DNA of 64,000 bases from Candidatus Latescibacterota bacterium (GTDB lineage: Bacteria; Latescibacterota; UBA2968; UBA8231), in the NCBI GenBank assembly GCA_965204725.1, contig OZ242005.1, positions 576,001-640,000 of the forward strand, read 5' to 3'. Within the stretch, counting starts at the first letter, position 1. Every line of letters starts with the position of its first letter. The notes under the pieces were generated by a model, which searched no databases, was not told the origin of the DNA, and worked only from the letters and a program-made list of their open reading frames with translations. This document shows, in pieces, positions 39,223 to 49,300 of the stretch. The translations under genes and the position numbers were made by a program.

Positions 39223-42020
39223 TACTCTACCCCAGCGTACACCGAGATAAAACTAGTCCCAAAGGAGCGGCTCTCGCTCTGCTTGACGAGGCCCTCGGCA
39301 CTCAACACCACGGCCTCGTCCCACCGCTTGGTATAACTAAGGCCGAACTGGGTGGTCAGCTTGTAGCCGAGATAGTGCCCGAGCGTCGTCCACTGCAAGG
39401 CCAAGACCAAGTTGCGAAAATCGCCCGTGTCTGCGGTGGGGCCGTCGGCCAGCAATGCGTCTTCGTCTAGGACCAACTCGCGGAACATCGAATACTCCAC
39501 GCCGCTTTCGAGGAAGGAGTTGTTCAACACCGGCAGCCGCGCCTGCACAATGCCGATGCCCATCCACTCCTTGCGATCGGGCTCGGCCCGCAAAAAGGCC
39601 GTCTGGTTGAGGTATTCGCTTTTGAGCTTGGGTTGCAGCACGAGCTGGCCGATTTCGTAGGTGTAATCCGCCTTATTGATCAGCCCCAGAAACTGGGTGC
39701 GTGGATTGAGAATGGGCGCGTCGCCGCTTTTGAACGCCTGACCGCGCTGGCGGAAGAGGCTGTACTTGAACTTGTTGATCACGTTTAATTTTTTGACCGG
39801 CGCATAATCGAATTGCACGTAGCTGTCATTGACCCAAGTGTCCCGAGCCGGCAGGATGTCCTCGACGAGGGCCAGCGAGACCGTCTGCAAGTCGGGCGTT
39901 GGCTCGCGGCGAATGTCCGGGATGTTGTCGGCGACCTTTTTCAGGGAATTGAAAAACCGCAAGCGACCCCAGCGCGGGTGGTCGCGGTCGTACGCGAAAA
40001 CGCCGTACGTCACGTGGTTGCGGCGGTCGGACGAGATCTCGTTTTCGCGCAGCCGCCCTACGGTCAAGCGCGCGTCCGGCGTCAGGTGCTGGCCGACGTA
40101 CACATTGTACCCCCGGTGATTGCGGCGATAGGGGTAGTCGGGCAAGTCGTCGTTTTCAAACCGGTCGATCCAGTTGTTGTTGTTGAGGTCAATGCCGAAG
40201 AGGAATTCTGGGCGATCGACGTTGTAGCGGAAAAACGGCTCCTCGTAATCCGGGATGCGATTGCTCAGGGAGACGTTGTCGTTCTGGTTGAAATCCGAGA
40301 CGAAGTCGTTGTTTTCGTCCCAACCGGGAAAGACGATCGCATCGGGGCCGCCTTGGCCCCAGCGGTTCCAATCCGGCGTGCGGTCTTGGTCGTCGTTGTC
40401 ATCGACGAACTCATAGACCGAGGTGCGCTCGTCGTCGTAATACACGCTGCCGCCCGAATCGACGATAAACGCCGTCGTCGAGTACGCCGGGTCCATGCTG
40501 AAGGCTTCGCCGAACAAGAAAAACGGATACGCCTGCTTGGAAACATTGACCATCCAAGCGGCCGCGTCGCGGGCGTGGGTATTCAGGTTGCGATCCGAGT
40601 TGACGAGCGTGAGGTTGGGATACTGGGTGTAAGCGCGATTGATGTCGTACTCGGCATAGGCATCAAAGCCCAGCAACTGCAACACCTCCAGCGTGAACCC
40701 AAACACCATGTTGGCCGACGGCAACCCATAGTCGAAGACGACGCGCTGTTGGTTTGAATTGTCCGTCACATTGCCGGCCGCACTGCGGACGTCAAAGAGC
40801 ACGGCCCCGGCTTGCTCCAAATCCAAGCTCGTAAGCGGCGGACTGGGTAGGCTGCCGCGCCCGATCTGGCGGTCGGACCAAACTTGGATCTTGTAGTCGT
40901 TAGCAACGACCAAATCGAACTGGATATCGACGATCTCGGTCGGCCTGGGGCCAATATAGGCCAAGTCGGCGAAATCGTAGTTGATGACGATTTGCTCCTC
41001 GCCATCGGCCGCCAAAAAACCCTCCCGGGGGAAGCCGCCAGTGACGACCGGCCACTTGGTCGGATCGGCGACCACCTCCCGCCAGCGGAATTTCGTGCGC
41101 TTCTTGGTGTTGAAGTCCTCGGCCGTAATGATGATGTCGTGGGCAAACAGCGCCGCCCCGCCCCGACCATCTTCCGGGGAGTCGTCGCTCAGGACCACGG
41201 CGATGGCCCGAATAGGGTCGCTGCCCTGCTCGGCCCCCAAGGTGCCGACGAGCGGGTTGCGTTCAAACGCCTCGGCCAGCGTCTGCGAGTGATGGGCATT
41301 GACCAGCGTCGCGCCGAGCTTGACGAAATCCCCCACCTGCGCGGTGGCCCGGCCCCCCATCATATTGGTCGCGTTGGTCGAGGTGCTGGGCTGGCGCTCG
41401 GGGGTGGTGCCGAGAATGGCCTCGCTGGCGCGGGAGAACAACAGCGTCGCTTCGTATTTGTCTGCGGCAAAGTCCATCTGGATGCCGTTGAAGCGCGGCT
41501 TTGAAAAGGTCAGCGGGGTCAGGGCCGTGCGAATGCGCTCGCCGATGGTTATCGCCAAGTAATACTGATCTCGTGCGTCGGAAGAAACCGTGACGGCGTT
41601 GAACCACGAATTGAACTTGGGGTCTTTGTATATCGACGAACCAAATTGGCCCGGTTGGGTCTGGTTCCAGTCGAAAATCAACCAACCCCAAGTCTGGTAA
41701 TTCCCGTACAGGTCGTAAAACGGCCCGCCTTGGCGGTTGGTGTTGACGTAGCGCTGGTATAGGTCGCGTGCGTAATTCGAGTACTCCCACTGGCGAAAGC
41801 CGTAATCGACGTATAGCTCCTGCGGCACGTACCATTTCTTGAGCGCCGGATCGAGGGCATCGAAGAGGACGCCCGGCCCTCTGGGCTCAAAGGTGAGCTG
41901 GGCGCCGCGCTGGGTCCCGAAACGACGGTCCAGCGACTGGCCGACCGCCCCGGTCGCCGGCCATACCAGCGCCAACGCCCAGAGGACCAACCACGCGGAT
42001 ACCCCCCTAGTTCTGCCCAT
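39222..42020 (-). CDS. Secreted ~930-aa protein, probable outer-membrane beta-barrel with Ca-binding motifs (paralog A)
   Basis: Shares PALKxWYxPQE, FYDLYG, DDSPEDG, DNSNQQxVVFDYGLP and RFENDDxPDYPY with paralog B; TAATG coupling. Confidence 0.65.
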   Translation of the reverse strand: MGRTRGVSAWLVLWALALVWPATGAVGQSLDRRFGTQRGAQLTFEPRGPGVLFDALDPALKKWYVPQELYVDYGFRQWEYSNYARDLYQRYVNTNRQGGPFYDLYGNYQTWGWLIFDWNQTQPGQFGSSIYKDPKFNSWFNAVTVSSDARDQYYLAITIGERIRTALTPLTFSKPRFNGIQMDFAADKYEATLLFSRASEAILGTTPERQPSTSTNATNMMGGRATAQVGDFVKLGATLVNAHHSQTLAEAFERNPLVGTLGAEQGSDPIRAIAVVLSDDSPEDGRGGAALFAHDIIITAEDFNTKKRTKFRWREVVADPTKWPVVTGGFPREGFLAADGEEQIVINYDFADLAYIGPRPTEIVDIQFDLVVANDYKIQVWSDRQIGRGSLPSPPLTSLDLEQAGAVLFDVRSAAGNVTDNSNQQRVVFDYGLPSANMVFGFTLEVLQLLGFDAYAEYDINRAYTQYPNLTLVNSDRNLNTHARDAAAWMVNVSKQAYPFFLFGEAFSMDPAYSTTAFIVDSGGSVYYDDERTSVYEFVDDNDDQDRTPDWNRWGQGGPDAIVFPGWDENNDFVSDFNQNDNVSLSNRIPDYEEPFFRYNVDRPEFLFGIDLNNNNWIDRFENDDLPDYPYRRNHRGYNVYVGQHLTPDARLTVGRLRENEISSDRRNHVTYGVFAYDRDHPRWGRLRFFNSLKKVADNIPDIRREPTPDLQTVSLALVEDILPARDTWVNDSYVQFDYAPVKKLNVINKFKYSLFRQRGQAFKSGDAPILNPRTQFLGLINKADYTYEIGQLVLQPKLKSEYLNQTAFLRAEPDRKEWMGIGIVQARLPVLNNSFLESGVEYSMFRELVLDEDALLADGPTADTGDFRNLVLALQWTTLGHYLGYKLTTQFGLSYTKRWDEAVVLSAEGLVKQSESRSFGTSFISVYAGVE

Positions 42021-42050
42021 CAAATTCCTCCATCAAAGGTCGATACGGAC

Positions 42051-42383
42051 TCACGCCTTCCGAGCATTCCTCAATTTGCCGACCCAAGCCAGTACTACGA
42101 TGACCACCGGCCAAAACATGGTATTGATTAGATCGTGAATACTCGCCGTCAGGGCTGTCTGGCGAAAGTAACTCAGATAGGTATAATCGTCGCGTAAGTC
42201 AAAAACCTCCATCAGGGCCGCCGTAATGGCGACCGGGATCAAACAACGCGATTCAATCGCGCCCTTTTTCCACAGGACTACGGCCCCAAAAAACACGAGC
42301 AATCCGAGGTGAACGTGGATCGAGTCGTGTGAAAGCTCCAAGAGGGTGGTGATTACGGACTTAGCGTTTTGATAGGTGGACAT
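42051..42383 (-). CDS. Small hypothetical membrane protein
   Basis: Three TM segments, HDSIHVH, lower GC, GAGG RBS. Confidence 0.65.
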   Translation of the reverse strand: MSTYQNAKSVITTLLELSHDSIHVHLGLLVFFGAVVLWKKGAIESRCLIPVAITAALMEVFDLRDDYTYLSYFRQTALTASIHDLINTMFWPVVIVVLAWVGKLRNARKA

Positions 42384-42410
42384 TGCCTCGTTTTTATTCC
42401 ATGTGTGCCG

Positions 42411-44618
42411 TTAATAAACCATTTCGACGACGCCCAGTGCCGCTTCCTTTTTGGCATCGGTCGCCAAATGGACGCGGAAGAGGTAGATGCCCGGGGGCGC
42501 CCGTCGGCCCGCCGAGTCCGTGCCGTCCCACGCTACGGCAAAACTCCCGCCTCCTTGCTCGCCGGCAAAGAGCGTACGGACGCGCCGCCCAGCCAGATCG
42601 AACACGCGCACAGTAAGCGGCGCGGCATCAACCAACCGCACCAGATCGCAGTGGATCCGGGTTTCGTCGTTGACCCCATCGCCGTTGGGGCTGAACAGAC
42701 GCGGTTGGGCCGCGACGTTGATCATCAGTCGGCGGCCCGCCAGCGGCACCTTTACCGCTAGGTCGTTTGGGTCGGCCGCCCCTAGGGGGATCAAATCGTC
42801 GTCCGCGGGTCCCAAGTCGGCTGCGTTGCCGCCGATGACCCGCTGGCCGAGGGCGTCGGCGGTGCTGTTCCAAGCAGTGCCGGCAAAGGTCGTACCAAAC
42901 CGCAGCACTCGGCACTGGAAGCGGATTTTGACCACCGCCGCCCGCCCGGCCGCCAAATCGCTTTCCTCAATCGCGGGAAAGCGCACCCGTAGATACCGCT
43001 CGGTCGCCGCTTCCACGGCAAAGAGGCCGCTGGCGTCTGAGACGGGCAGATCGGTCAAGGCGACGCCGGTGAAGTCGGCCGTTTGCACCGCGCCGTCGGC
43101 GTGTACGACCTCAATGGTCTCGACCGCTTCGGCCCGCACGGGCGTGGCGATCTCAAACACGTCAAACCCCAAATCGACGCCCCGGCGCATTTTGGTCGGC
43201 AGGACGGCATACGTGAACGACACCGGAACGCCCAGCTCGACTTGGCGCGGGACGACCTCGCTGACGATCCGCTCGGTCAGCGGCGGGTTCGACACCGTAA
43301 AGGCGAGGGCACCCAACGCCCGGGCGGATTCTAAATCTTCGCTCGCAAATTCGGCCTTCAACTGGAAGTAGCGGCGGGGGCCGGGCGAGAGGATGGGCAC
43401 ACCGAGCGTATCCTCGGCCGTTCGCTTGTACGGCGGCGACCAGCGGCTCCACGCGACTAGGTCGTCGCGCACATCGCCCTTATCCGCATTTCTCAAATCG
43501 TCGTACTCGTCCTGCGTCAGCGCGACTTGATTGCGCTCGACAATGGGCAGGGCGTTGAACAGGTCGAGGGCCGCTTGGCCGTCCTCCATGGCGTCGAGGT
43601 CAACCGCATCGCCTGCGGCCGTGGTCGCAACCGCTCCTTCCCGCCACGGCACGTCCTCGCCGTAGCCGCGATGTTGGCGGGTAAATTCCACAGGAGTGTC
43701 GTCCCAACCGCTACGCGAACTTATCTGCAAGCGCGACAGACGCTCGACTCCTACGTGCTCCTCTTGCCAGCGGACGCGCCCCCACAGCGCCAATTCCGCG
43801 CCAAAATCGAAGACATTGGAAAGATAATCGGCGCGGGGCACAAAACCGGAGCCAAAGACGCGAAATTCCGCGATCTCAAATCCCACAGTGGTCTGGGATT
43901 TTAAGCGGATGTAGCGGACGTATTGCGGCGGGATGGTCAGTTCGACGACCGGCTCTTCGTTTTCCGGCTCCAGTTCAACGGTGGTCAGCACCGGCTGATT
44001 GGCGACCTGCGTTTCTTCGCTGCCGTCGTTGAGCAGCAACTCAAAGCCCCGCAGAAAATCGTTTTGGAACGGAAAGTCCGGGGTGGGGAAATCGGGGTGC
44101 GCGTTGCGGGGAAAAAACTGGATGCGCTCGACCCCAAACCGCGCCCCGAGATCGAAATCCATGATGACCCCCAAGGAGTTGACTTGGCTCGCCCCTCGGG
44201 CTGTCTTGCGCTCAAAGGCGGTCGCGGGGTCGTCGTCAATCATAAAAATCAACTGGTCTTTTATGACCTGCGACAATATGGTCGGCGCACCGAGACGACC
44301 GCCGCGGTCGAGAAGGCCCAAGGCGATATTCGCGGTCTCATCCGCCCGTTGCGGCGTCATCCAGCCCAGCCGGCCAGCCGCGTCAAATTCGAGTACATTG
44401 CCCGGGGTATTGCTGACCTCGACCTCGGTCGGGCCGGTTTGGATCAAGGCCGCAATGGTCCCGCCGCCGCCAGCCCACTCCAACCCGTCCTCGCCGCCCA
44501 TGACGATGGTACGGCGTTCAGCCCCTAGGTCTTGGACCACCAAAAACATCAGCACGAGGGCCTTCGCGCCCAGATACAACACAGCCGATTCTCTCCTCGA
44601 TCGGTTGGGATAGGTCAA
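42411..44618 (-). CDS. Secreted discoidin-like + FlgD-Ig/CHU_C-tailed protein (paralog 3)
   Basis: DFDLGARFGVERIQFFPR, EIAEFRVFG, FSPNGDGVND, VFDLAGRRVR, WDGTD..G...PPGIY. Confidence 0.75.
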   Translation of the reverse strand: MTYPNRSRRESAVLYLGAKALVLMFLVVQDLGAERRTIVMGGEDGLEWAGGGGTIAALIQTGPTEVEVSNTPGNVLEFDAAGRLGWMTPQRADETANIALGLLDRGGRLGAPTILSQVIKDQLIFMIDDDPATAFERKTARGASQVNSLGVIMDFDLGARFGVERIQFFPRNAHPDFPTPDFPFQNDFLRGFELLLNDGSEETQVANQPVLTTVELEPENEEPVVELTIPPQYVRYIRLKSQTTVGFEIAEFRVFGSGFVPRADYLSNVFDFGAELALWGRVRWQEEHVGVERLSRLQISSRSGWDDTPVEFTRQHRGYGEDVPWREGAVATTAAGDAVDLDAMEDGQAALDLFNALPIVERNQVALTQDEYDDLRNADKGDVRDDLVAWSRWSPPYKRTAEDTLGVPILSPGPRRYFQLKAEFASEDLESARALGALAFTVSNPPLTERIVSEVVPRQVELGVPVSFTYAVLPTKMRRGVDLGFDVFEIATPVRAEAVETIEVVHADGAVQTADFTGVALTDLPVSDASGLFAVEAATERYLRVRFPAIEESDLAAGRAAVVKIRFQCRVLRFGTTFAGTAWNSTADALGQRVIGGNAADLGPADDDLIPLGAADPNDLAVKVPLAGRRLMINVAAQPRLFSPNGDGVNDETRIHCDLVRLVDAAPLTVRVFDLAGRRVRTLFAGEQGGGSFAVAWDGTDSAGRRAPPGIYLFRVHLATDAKKEAALGVVEMVY

Positions 44619-47188
44619 TACGCCACGTGCAGCACGCGCTGAACCCCCGTTTGCCGGACGCCGCGGTCCGAATCTGCGTCCACGTCGATCCGCAAGATAT
44701 ACACCCCGGGCGGAACCACCTGCCCCTGCTCGTCTTGGGCCGCCCAGTCAATCCCGTATTGCCCGGCCACTAAGGGCTTGTAGGCATCGAGCCGACGCAC
44801 CAAGCGGCCACCGAGGTCGTAGATTCGCACTTTGACGGGCCGCGCCCCGCTCAGCCGACGCACGGTGAAATCAATGGTTAGCGCGTCGTTGACCCCGTCG
44901 CCGTTGGGCGTCACGACCTCGGGCTGAATGCCCAAGTCGCCGAGGACTTTGTCGTCCTGCACCGACGCTACGATCTGCAACCCCCCGCTCTGGGCCAGTT
45001 CGGTGACGTCCGCGGGGTCAACTTGCTGCCACGAGTTGGCCAACGACGAATTGCCCAGCGCCGCTTGCAGGACGACCCCAGGCGAAAACAGGGCCGTAGT
45101 AAACCGCACCTCAAGCAAGTCGATCTGCCCGCCCCGCTCGACCAGCCGGTCGAGGCGCAACCAGAGCGAGTCCGAGCGCGTTTCCACCACTTCTACGGCG
45201 AGCTCCTCGGGTTGGCCGCTGGCCCACTGCGCCGAGCTACCCAAGCGCAACGCGCCAAACTCGAGCGACATATCCGGCGGCGAGCGCACCAAGATCTCAT
45301 CAAAGCCCAGATCCTGCGGCCCAAAGGTCGGCTCGACAAACAGCGAAACCTCCTGCGGCGCACCCAAGCGCGCAAAGACCCCGAGGTCTAGTTCGCCCTG
45401 AAGCTGCTTGGCGACCGGCGGATTGAAGTTCAAGCGGATGGAGTGCAATCGGGCCGCCTCCATGGGGTCGGCGGTCGCCAACCGGGCGCGCAATAGCAGG
45501 TATTGACGCGGGCTGGGCGAAGTAATGGGGTCGCCGGAACGCACGTAGGGCGCGCTCCAATTGCTCCAGTCGGAACCGGCCACCTGTAGGGTGTCGATTC
45601 GACCCTTCTTAAAAAAGCCCAACTTCTCGTATTTGCCCGCCGAGACTTCCACGCCGCCACTGTCGTAGTACCGATAGGCTTCGGCCACCTCGTTGCCGGT
45701 GCGGGTTTGGATTTGCACCGCCGTGCCCGAGGGCGCGTCCGCCTCCCATTCGATGGACACGAGGCTCTTGGCCCCCTGCAAGGGAATCAGCCCCGACTCC
45801 AGCGCCACCTCGGGATGATACCCTTCACCGTAGATCTGCACTTCGCGGACACGCGCCTTATTCCCCTCTCGGCCCGACTCGCTGCTGGCAAAGGGATAGG
45901 CTAGGCGCACAAAGCGGGCCGGCGTCGGCTCGAAGGTGTTGACCTCAAACGCCGTGCCCAAGCCGCGGACCTGGGCCGGCGCCGCCCACAACCGGCCGCC
46001 ACCGGGGGCGGGCGTACCATCTGAAGTCTGGATTTCGTATTGGTGAAAACTGGCACCCGTCAGCCGGCCGCCGGCGACGCTGAGGTTGTACCATAGCTGC
46101 ACGGTGTCGAGCCAGTAGGAAGCCCCTAGGTCAAACTCCAGAAAGCGCTCGCCAAAGGCCACGTTCCCCGTCTGAAAGGCTTTGAGATTAAAGGTCAGAT
46201 AGGTCCCCTCCCCATCGACGAGGTTGCCCACAGACCCTTCGTGCGAGCTTTCGGCGCTGCCATTGCGGTCGAGGATCAGGCCCTGCGAAATGTTTTTGCC
46301 CAGCTCATAGACAGCCAACTCGGCCAAGCGCGGCCGCTCCCGCCGATAGTAGCGCACCGAGCCGCGCAACTGCGGGTCAATCGCCTCGTAAATCGCTTGC
46401 TCGACCTCCACCTCCCCTTCCCCCACCTGCTTGTAGAAAACCACGTCTCCCCGGTCGCGCCTCGCCAACGCTTCATACTCGTCGGCCGACACCTCGACCG
46501 CACGTCCTCCGTCGCTTTCGGAGACCACGATTTGGACGAAGCGCACCATGTCGCCGGCAAAATCCACCCCGGGCACCGGATTGATGAGCTCCCCGCGGTT
46601 CAGGTCGAACTCAAACGCGCGCTGGTTTTTGTTGTCGCTGGGCGTCCGGTACACCAAGTGCATGGGCACTTTGCCCGCCACCTTGTTGCCTTGGTCCGCA
46701 TTGTCAGCCGTTAGCACCGCGAACTGTAGGAAGGGATCGCCCTGCCCCTCGGGCACAAATTGCAACCCAATGCGCGTGGCGTTGATCAACCGCCCCATAT
46801 CGACTTGGAACCACCAATCCCGCAGCGGGCTGTCCGGGTCGGGTTCCCAATAGGTCGTTGCGTCGCCGTCGAAGAGGTTGGCGACCGCCGCCTGATTGGT
46901 CCCGGCCTCAATCGCGTCGAGGATGGTCGCGTTGTCGGGATCGGAAGCGGTGCGCCGCAGGTGTTGGACAATGTCCGTCACGGCGTTGTGGTCCTTGGGC
47001 ACGAAGGCCGGAGCGACCGCCCCGCTGGCCGAGAGGTCCAGCGTCCCCTCGACAAAGGCCCAATGGCTCCAGTGGCGTTGGGTATTTACGGCGACGTGGT
47101 CGGAGCGCAAGGCGTGATTCTGCGCCCCAACCAACCCCCACAACCCGAGCCCCATCCCCAGCGCCAGTGCGAATTTTTCGCGGACCAT
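44615..47188 (-). CDS. Secreted double-discoidin + FlgD-Ig/CHU_C-tailed protein (paralog 2)
   Basis: AGGAGA RBS and ATG at 47188; LFDGDATTYWEP, VTPNGDGVND, IYDLGGRLVR, VPPGVY. Confidence 0.75.
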   Translation of the reverse strand: MVREKFALALGMGLGLWGLVGAQNHALRSDHVAVNTQRHWSHWAFVEGTLDLSASGAVAPAFVPKDHNAVTDIVQHLRRTASDPDNATILDAIEAGTNQAAVANLFDGDATTYWEPDPDSPLRDWWFQVDMGRLINATRIGLQFVPEGQGDPFLQFAVLTADNADQGNKVAGKVPMHLVYRTPSDNKNQRAFEFDLNRGELINPVPGVDFAGDMVRFVQIVVSESDGGRAVEVSADEYEALARRDRGDVVFYKQVGEGEVEVEQAIYEAIDPQLRGSVRYYRRERPRLAELAVYELGKNISQGLILDRNGSAESSHEGSVGNLVDGEGTYLTFNLKAFQTGNVAFGERFLEFDLGASYWLDTVQLWYNLSVAGGRLTGASFHQYEIQTSDGTPAPGGGRLWAAPAQVRGLGTAFEVNTFEPTPARFVRLAYPFASSESGREGNKARVREVQIYGEGYHPEVALESGLIPLQGAKSLVSIEWEADAPSGTAVQIQTRTGNEVAEAYRYYDSGGVEVSAGKYEKLGFFKKGRIDTLQVAGSDWSNWSAPYVRSGDPITSPSPRQYLLLRARLATADPMEAARLHSIRLNFNPPVAKQLQGELDLGVFARLGAPQEVSLFVEPTFGPQDLGFDEILVRSPPDMSLEFGALRLGSSAQWASGQPEELAVEVVETRSDSLWLRLDRLVERGGQIDLLEVRFTTALFSPGVVLQAALGNSSLANSWQQVDPADVTELAQSGGLQIVASVQDDKVLGDLGIQPEVVTPNGDGVNDALTIDFTVRRLSGARPVKVRIYDLGGRLVRRLDAYKPLVAGQYGIDWAAQDEQGQVVPPGVYILRIDVDADSDRGVRQTGVQRVLHVAY

Positions 47189-47213
47189 AGCCAATCTCCT
47201 CAACGAGCCGGTT

Positions 47214-49202
47214 TCAATAGGCGACCGCGGCAACCCCAGTGCGCTGCTGCGGCCCCTCTTCGGTCTGTACCTCAACGCGGCAAATGTACACCCCCGGGGC
47301 CACCGGCTGGCCGCGCTCGTCCAAACCGTCCCATTGCCGCCGGTGGCGACCGGCCGCGTCGCGCCCCTGATACACCGCACGCACCAACCCGCCGGCCAAG
47401 TCCCGCACCTCCACCACGGTCGGGGTCGGCACCACCAGTTTGAGCAGATTATAAGTAATGTCCAATCCGTCGTTGACGCCGTCGCCGTTGGGCGTAAAAA
47501 CGCCCCCGGCCAAGTCGAGCGCCCCAAGGACCCGAGTGCCCAGCGCAACCGCCTGCACCGAAAGGGTGTTGCCGTCGCGCAGGGCTGTGGCATCGCCCGC
47601 CTGCACCGACTGCCCAATCTCCTGCGGGGTTTGGCTGTCGGACACGCGCCCGGCAAAGGTCGCTCCGTAGCGGAAAATCTCGCCGCTGAAATCCACCTCC
47701 ACCACCTCTTCCGTGCGGTCCACGTCCAGCCTCGGTACGCCGACCACCAGCCGCTCGCCGCCTTCTTCGATCCGCTCAAAAGCCACCGCTTGCCCCCCGA
47801 TCCGCACGTCGTCAATGCTCACCAAGCGCCCGCCTTGAGCCGAGATTTCCAAGCGGTCAAACCCCGGATCGTCGAGTCCAATGGTGGGCCGGATGGCGTA
47901 GGTAAACTGCGTCACTTGGGCCGTTTCTGCCTGATAGGGATCAATTTCTCCCACCAGCGCCGCGACGGTCGGCCGCGACGCGGTAAACTCCAAGTAATTC
48001 ACCCGGCTGCCCGCGGCGACATTCGATTGGAAGTCCAAATCAAATTGCACAAAACGCCGGGGCTTGGTCGCCGACCAGCGCGTCCCGGTGCTGTCGCTAA
48101 AATCGTAGGTCGTCGACCAGAAATCCCAATGGTCGGCATCGCGGGTGATCCGGCCGCGCTCGGAAATTTCCAAGCGTCCGTAGGTCCGCAGGGTCAGCGG
48201 CCTGCCCCTGCTGTCGTAGTTCACCTGCTCGTCGCCGCGGAACGTATGACGCCAGTATATGTTGGGGTCGGCATCGCTGCCGCTCTGGCTGCGGACGTTG
48301 ACCGTGGCCTCAGCGTCCTCGCGCCCCGACCAGCGCAGTTCGCCGAGCGTGACCTCTTGGCCTAAATCGAGGATGTTGGACCGGTACGAGGCGTTGGGCA
48401 CATAGCCGGGGGCGAAGATCTCGAACTCGGCGATCTCCCAATCGCGCGTCGGCTGCGAAGGCACAAACAGCACCACGCGCCGAATGTACTCACCGGTGAG
48501 TTCCACCTCCACGGTGGAGCGGGTGTTTTCCTCGACCTCCAATAGCGCGTTGAAATACATGTCTTTGCGGTTGTACAGATCGCGGTGCGCCCGGTTGATG
48601 AAGTCCAAGCAGTTATCCGTCCGCCCGGCCGTACACAAATCTACGCTGCTGATCCCGGCTTCCTCAATCGTCAGCGTATTGGTCCAAACGTGAAAGAGTT
48701 CGATGTAGTTGTCTTCGTTGCCGGTGCGCGTAAAAAAGCGGAGGCGATCTACGGCAAATAAACCCCCGAGGTCGAACAACAAGGTTTTGCCGAACCGCAA
48801 GTCATCCCCCACGTTCACCCGATTCGATCCCTTCTCCTCGTAATAGGCCGTCTCGCGATCGCCGTCGTTTATCAAGACGATATCGTCGGTTTCGATCCAA
48901 GCCTGAAAGCCTTGGGTCTGCAAGTAGCCGCCGCGATCTTTGACGGTCGGCGCGATGTTGAAATCAGCGGGAAAGAACAACGGGGCAATGCCGTCGGGAG
49001 CAATCGTCAGGGACTCGCTGACCCCCTGCAAGTCGGCATCGAGCGCGGCCCAGCTAAATTGGACGAAATCAGCTTCCCCGCTGGCCACTTCGGGCGGCAG
49101 CGGCAAGCCCTCGCCACCCAACCGATAGACGGTCAATCCCACCACCGGAGCACTGCTCGCGGCCAACAACAGCGCGACGCAGCATCCTCTAAATGCGACC
49201 AT
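47214..49202 (-). CDS. Secreted discoidin-like + FlgD-Ig/CHU_C-tailed protein (paralog 1)
   Basis: FDLGGLFAVDRLRFF, WEIAEFEIF, VFTPNGDGVND, WDGLDERG..VAPGVY. Confidence 0.75.
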   Translation of the reverse strand: MVAFRGCCVALLLAASSAPVVGLTVYRLGGEGLPLPPEVASGEADFVQFSWAALDADLQGVSESLTIAPDGIAPLFFPADFNIAPTVKDRGGYLQTQGFQAWIETDDIVLINDGDRETAYYEEKGSNRVNVGDDLRFGKTLLFDLGGLFAVDRLRFFTRTGNEDNYIELFHVWTNTLTIEEAGISSVDLCTAGRTDNCLDFINRAHRDLYNRKDMYFNALLEVEENTRSTVEVELTGEYIRRVVLFVPSQPTRDWEIAEFEIFAPGYVPNASYRSNILDLGQEVTLGELRWSGREDAEATVNVRSQSGSDADPNIYWRHTFRGDEQVNYDSRGRPLTLRTYGRLEISERGRITRDADHWDFWSTTYDFSDSTGTRWSATKPRRFVQFDLDFQSNVAAGSRVNYLEFTASRPTVAALVGEIDPYQAETAQVTQFTYAIRPTIGLDDPGFDRLEISAQGGRLVSIDDVRIGGQAVAFERIEEGGERLVVGVPRLDVDRTEEVVEVDFSGEIFRYGATFAGRVSDSQTPQEIGQSVQAGDATALRDGNTLSVQAVALGTRVLGALDLAGGVFTPNGDGVNDGLDITYNLLKLVVPTPTVVEVRDLAGGLVRAVYQGRDAAGRHRRQWDGLDERGQPVAPGVYICRVEVQTEEGPQQRTGVAAVAY

Positions 49203-49234
49203 ACGAACATCTCCCAAGGAGAAGGACTTTATAA

Positions 49235-49269
49235 CTGAAGGGGAGATGCCCTAGACACCTCCCCTTCAG
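49235..49269 (-). terminator. Strong stem-loop after the CBM9-like gene (terminator or mRNA stabiliser)
   Basis: CTGAAGGGGAG...CTCCCCTTCAG; ~16-bp stem with G-U pairs on the minus strand; weak U tail (TTATAA). Confidence 0.7.
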
Positions 49270-49300
49270 AGACTACAGGTACTGACAGACGCGAAGCAAA

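Noticed and set aside
47189-47815. N-terminal 209 aa of the 1066-aa ORF
   Set aside because: Overlaps the upstream paralog in another frame; the RBS and signal peptide place the start at 47188.
42411-49202. Flagellar hook-capping (flgD) genes
   Set aside because: Only the C-terminal Ig-like domain resembles FlgD; the proteins have signal peptides and no flagellar genes are nearby.
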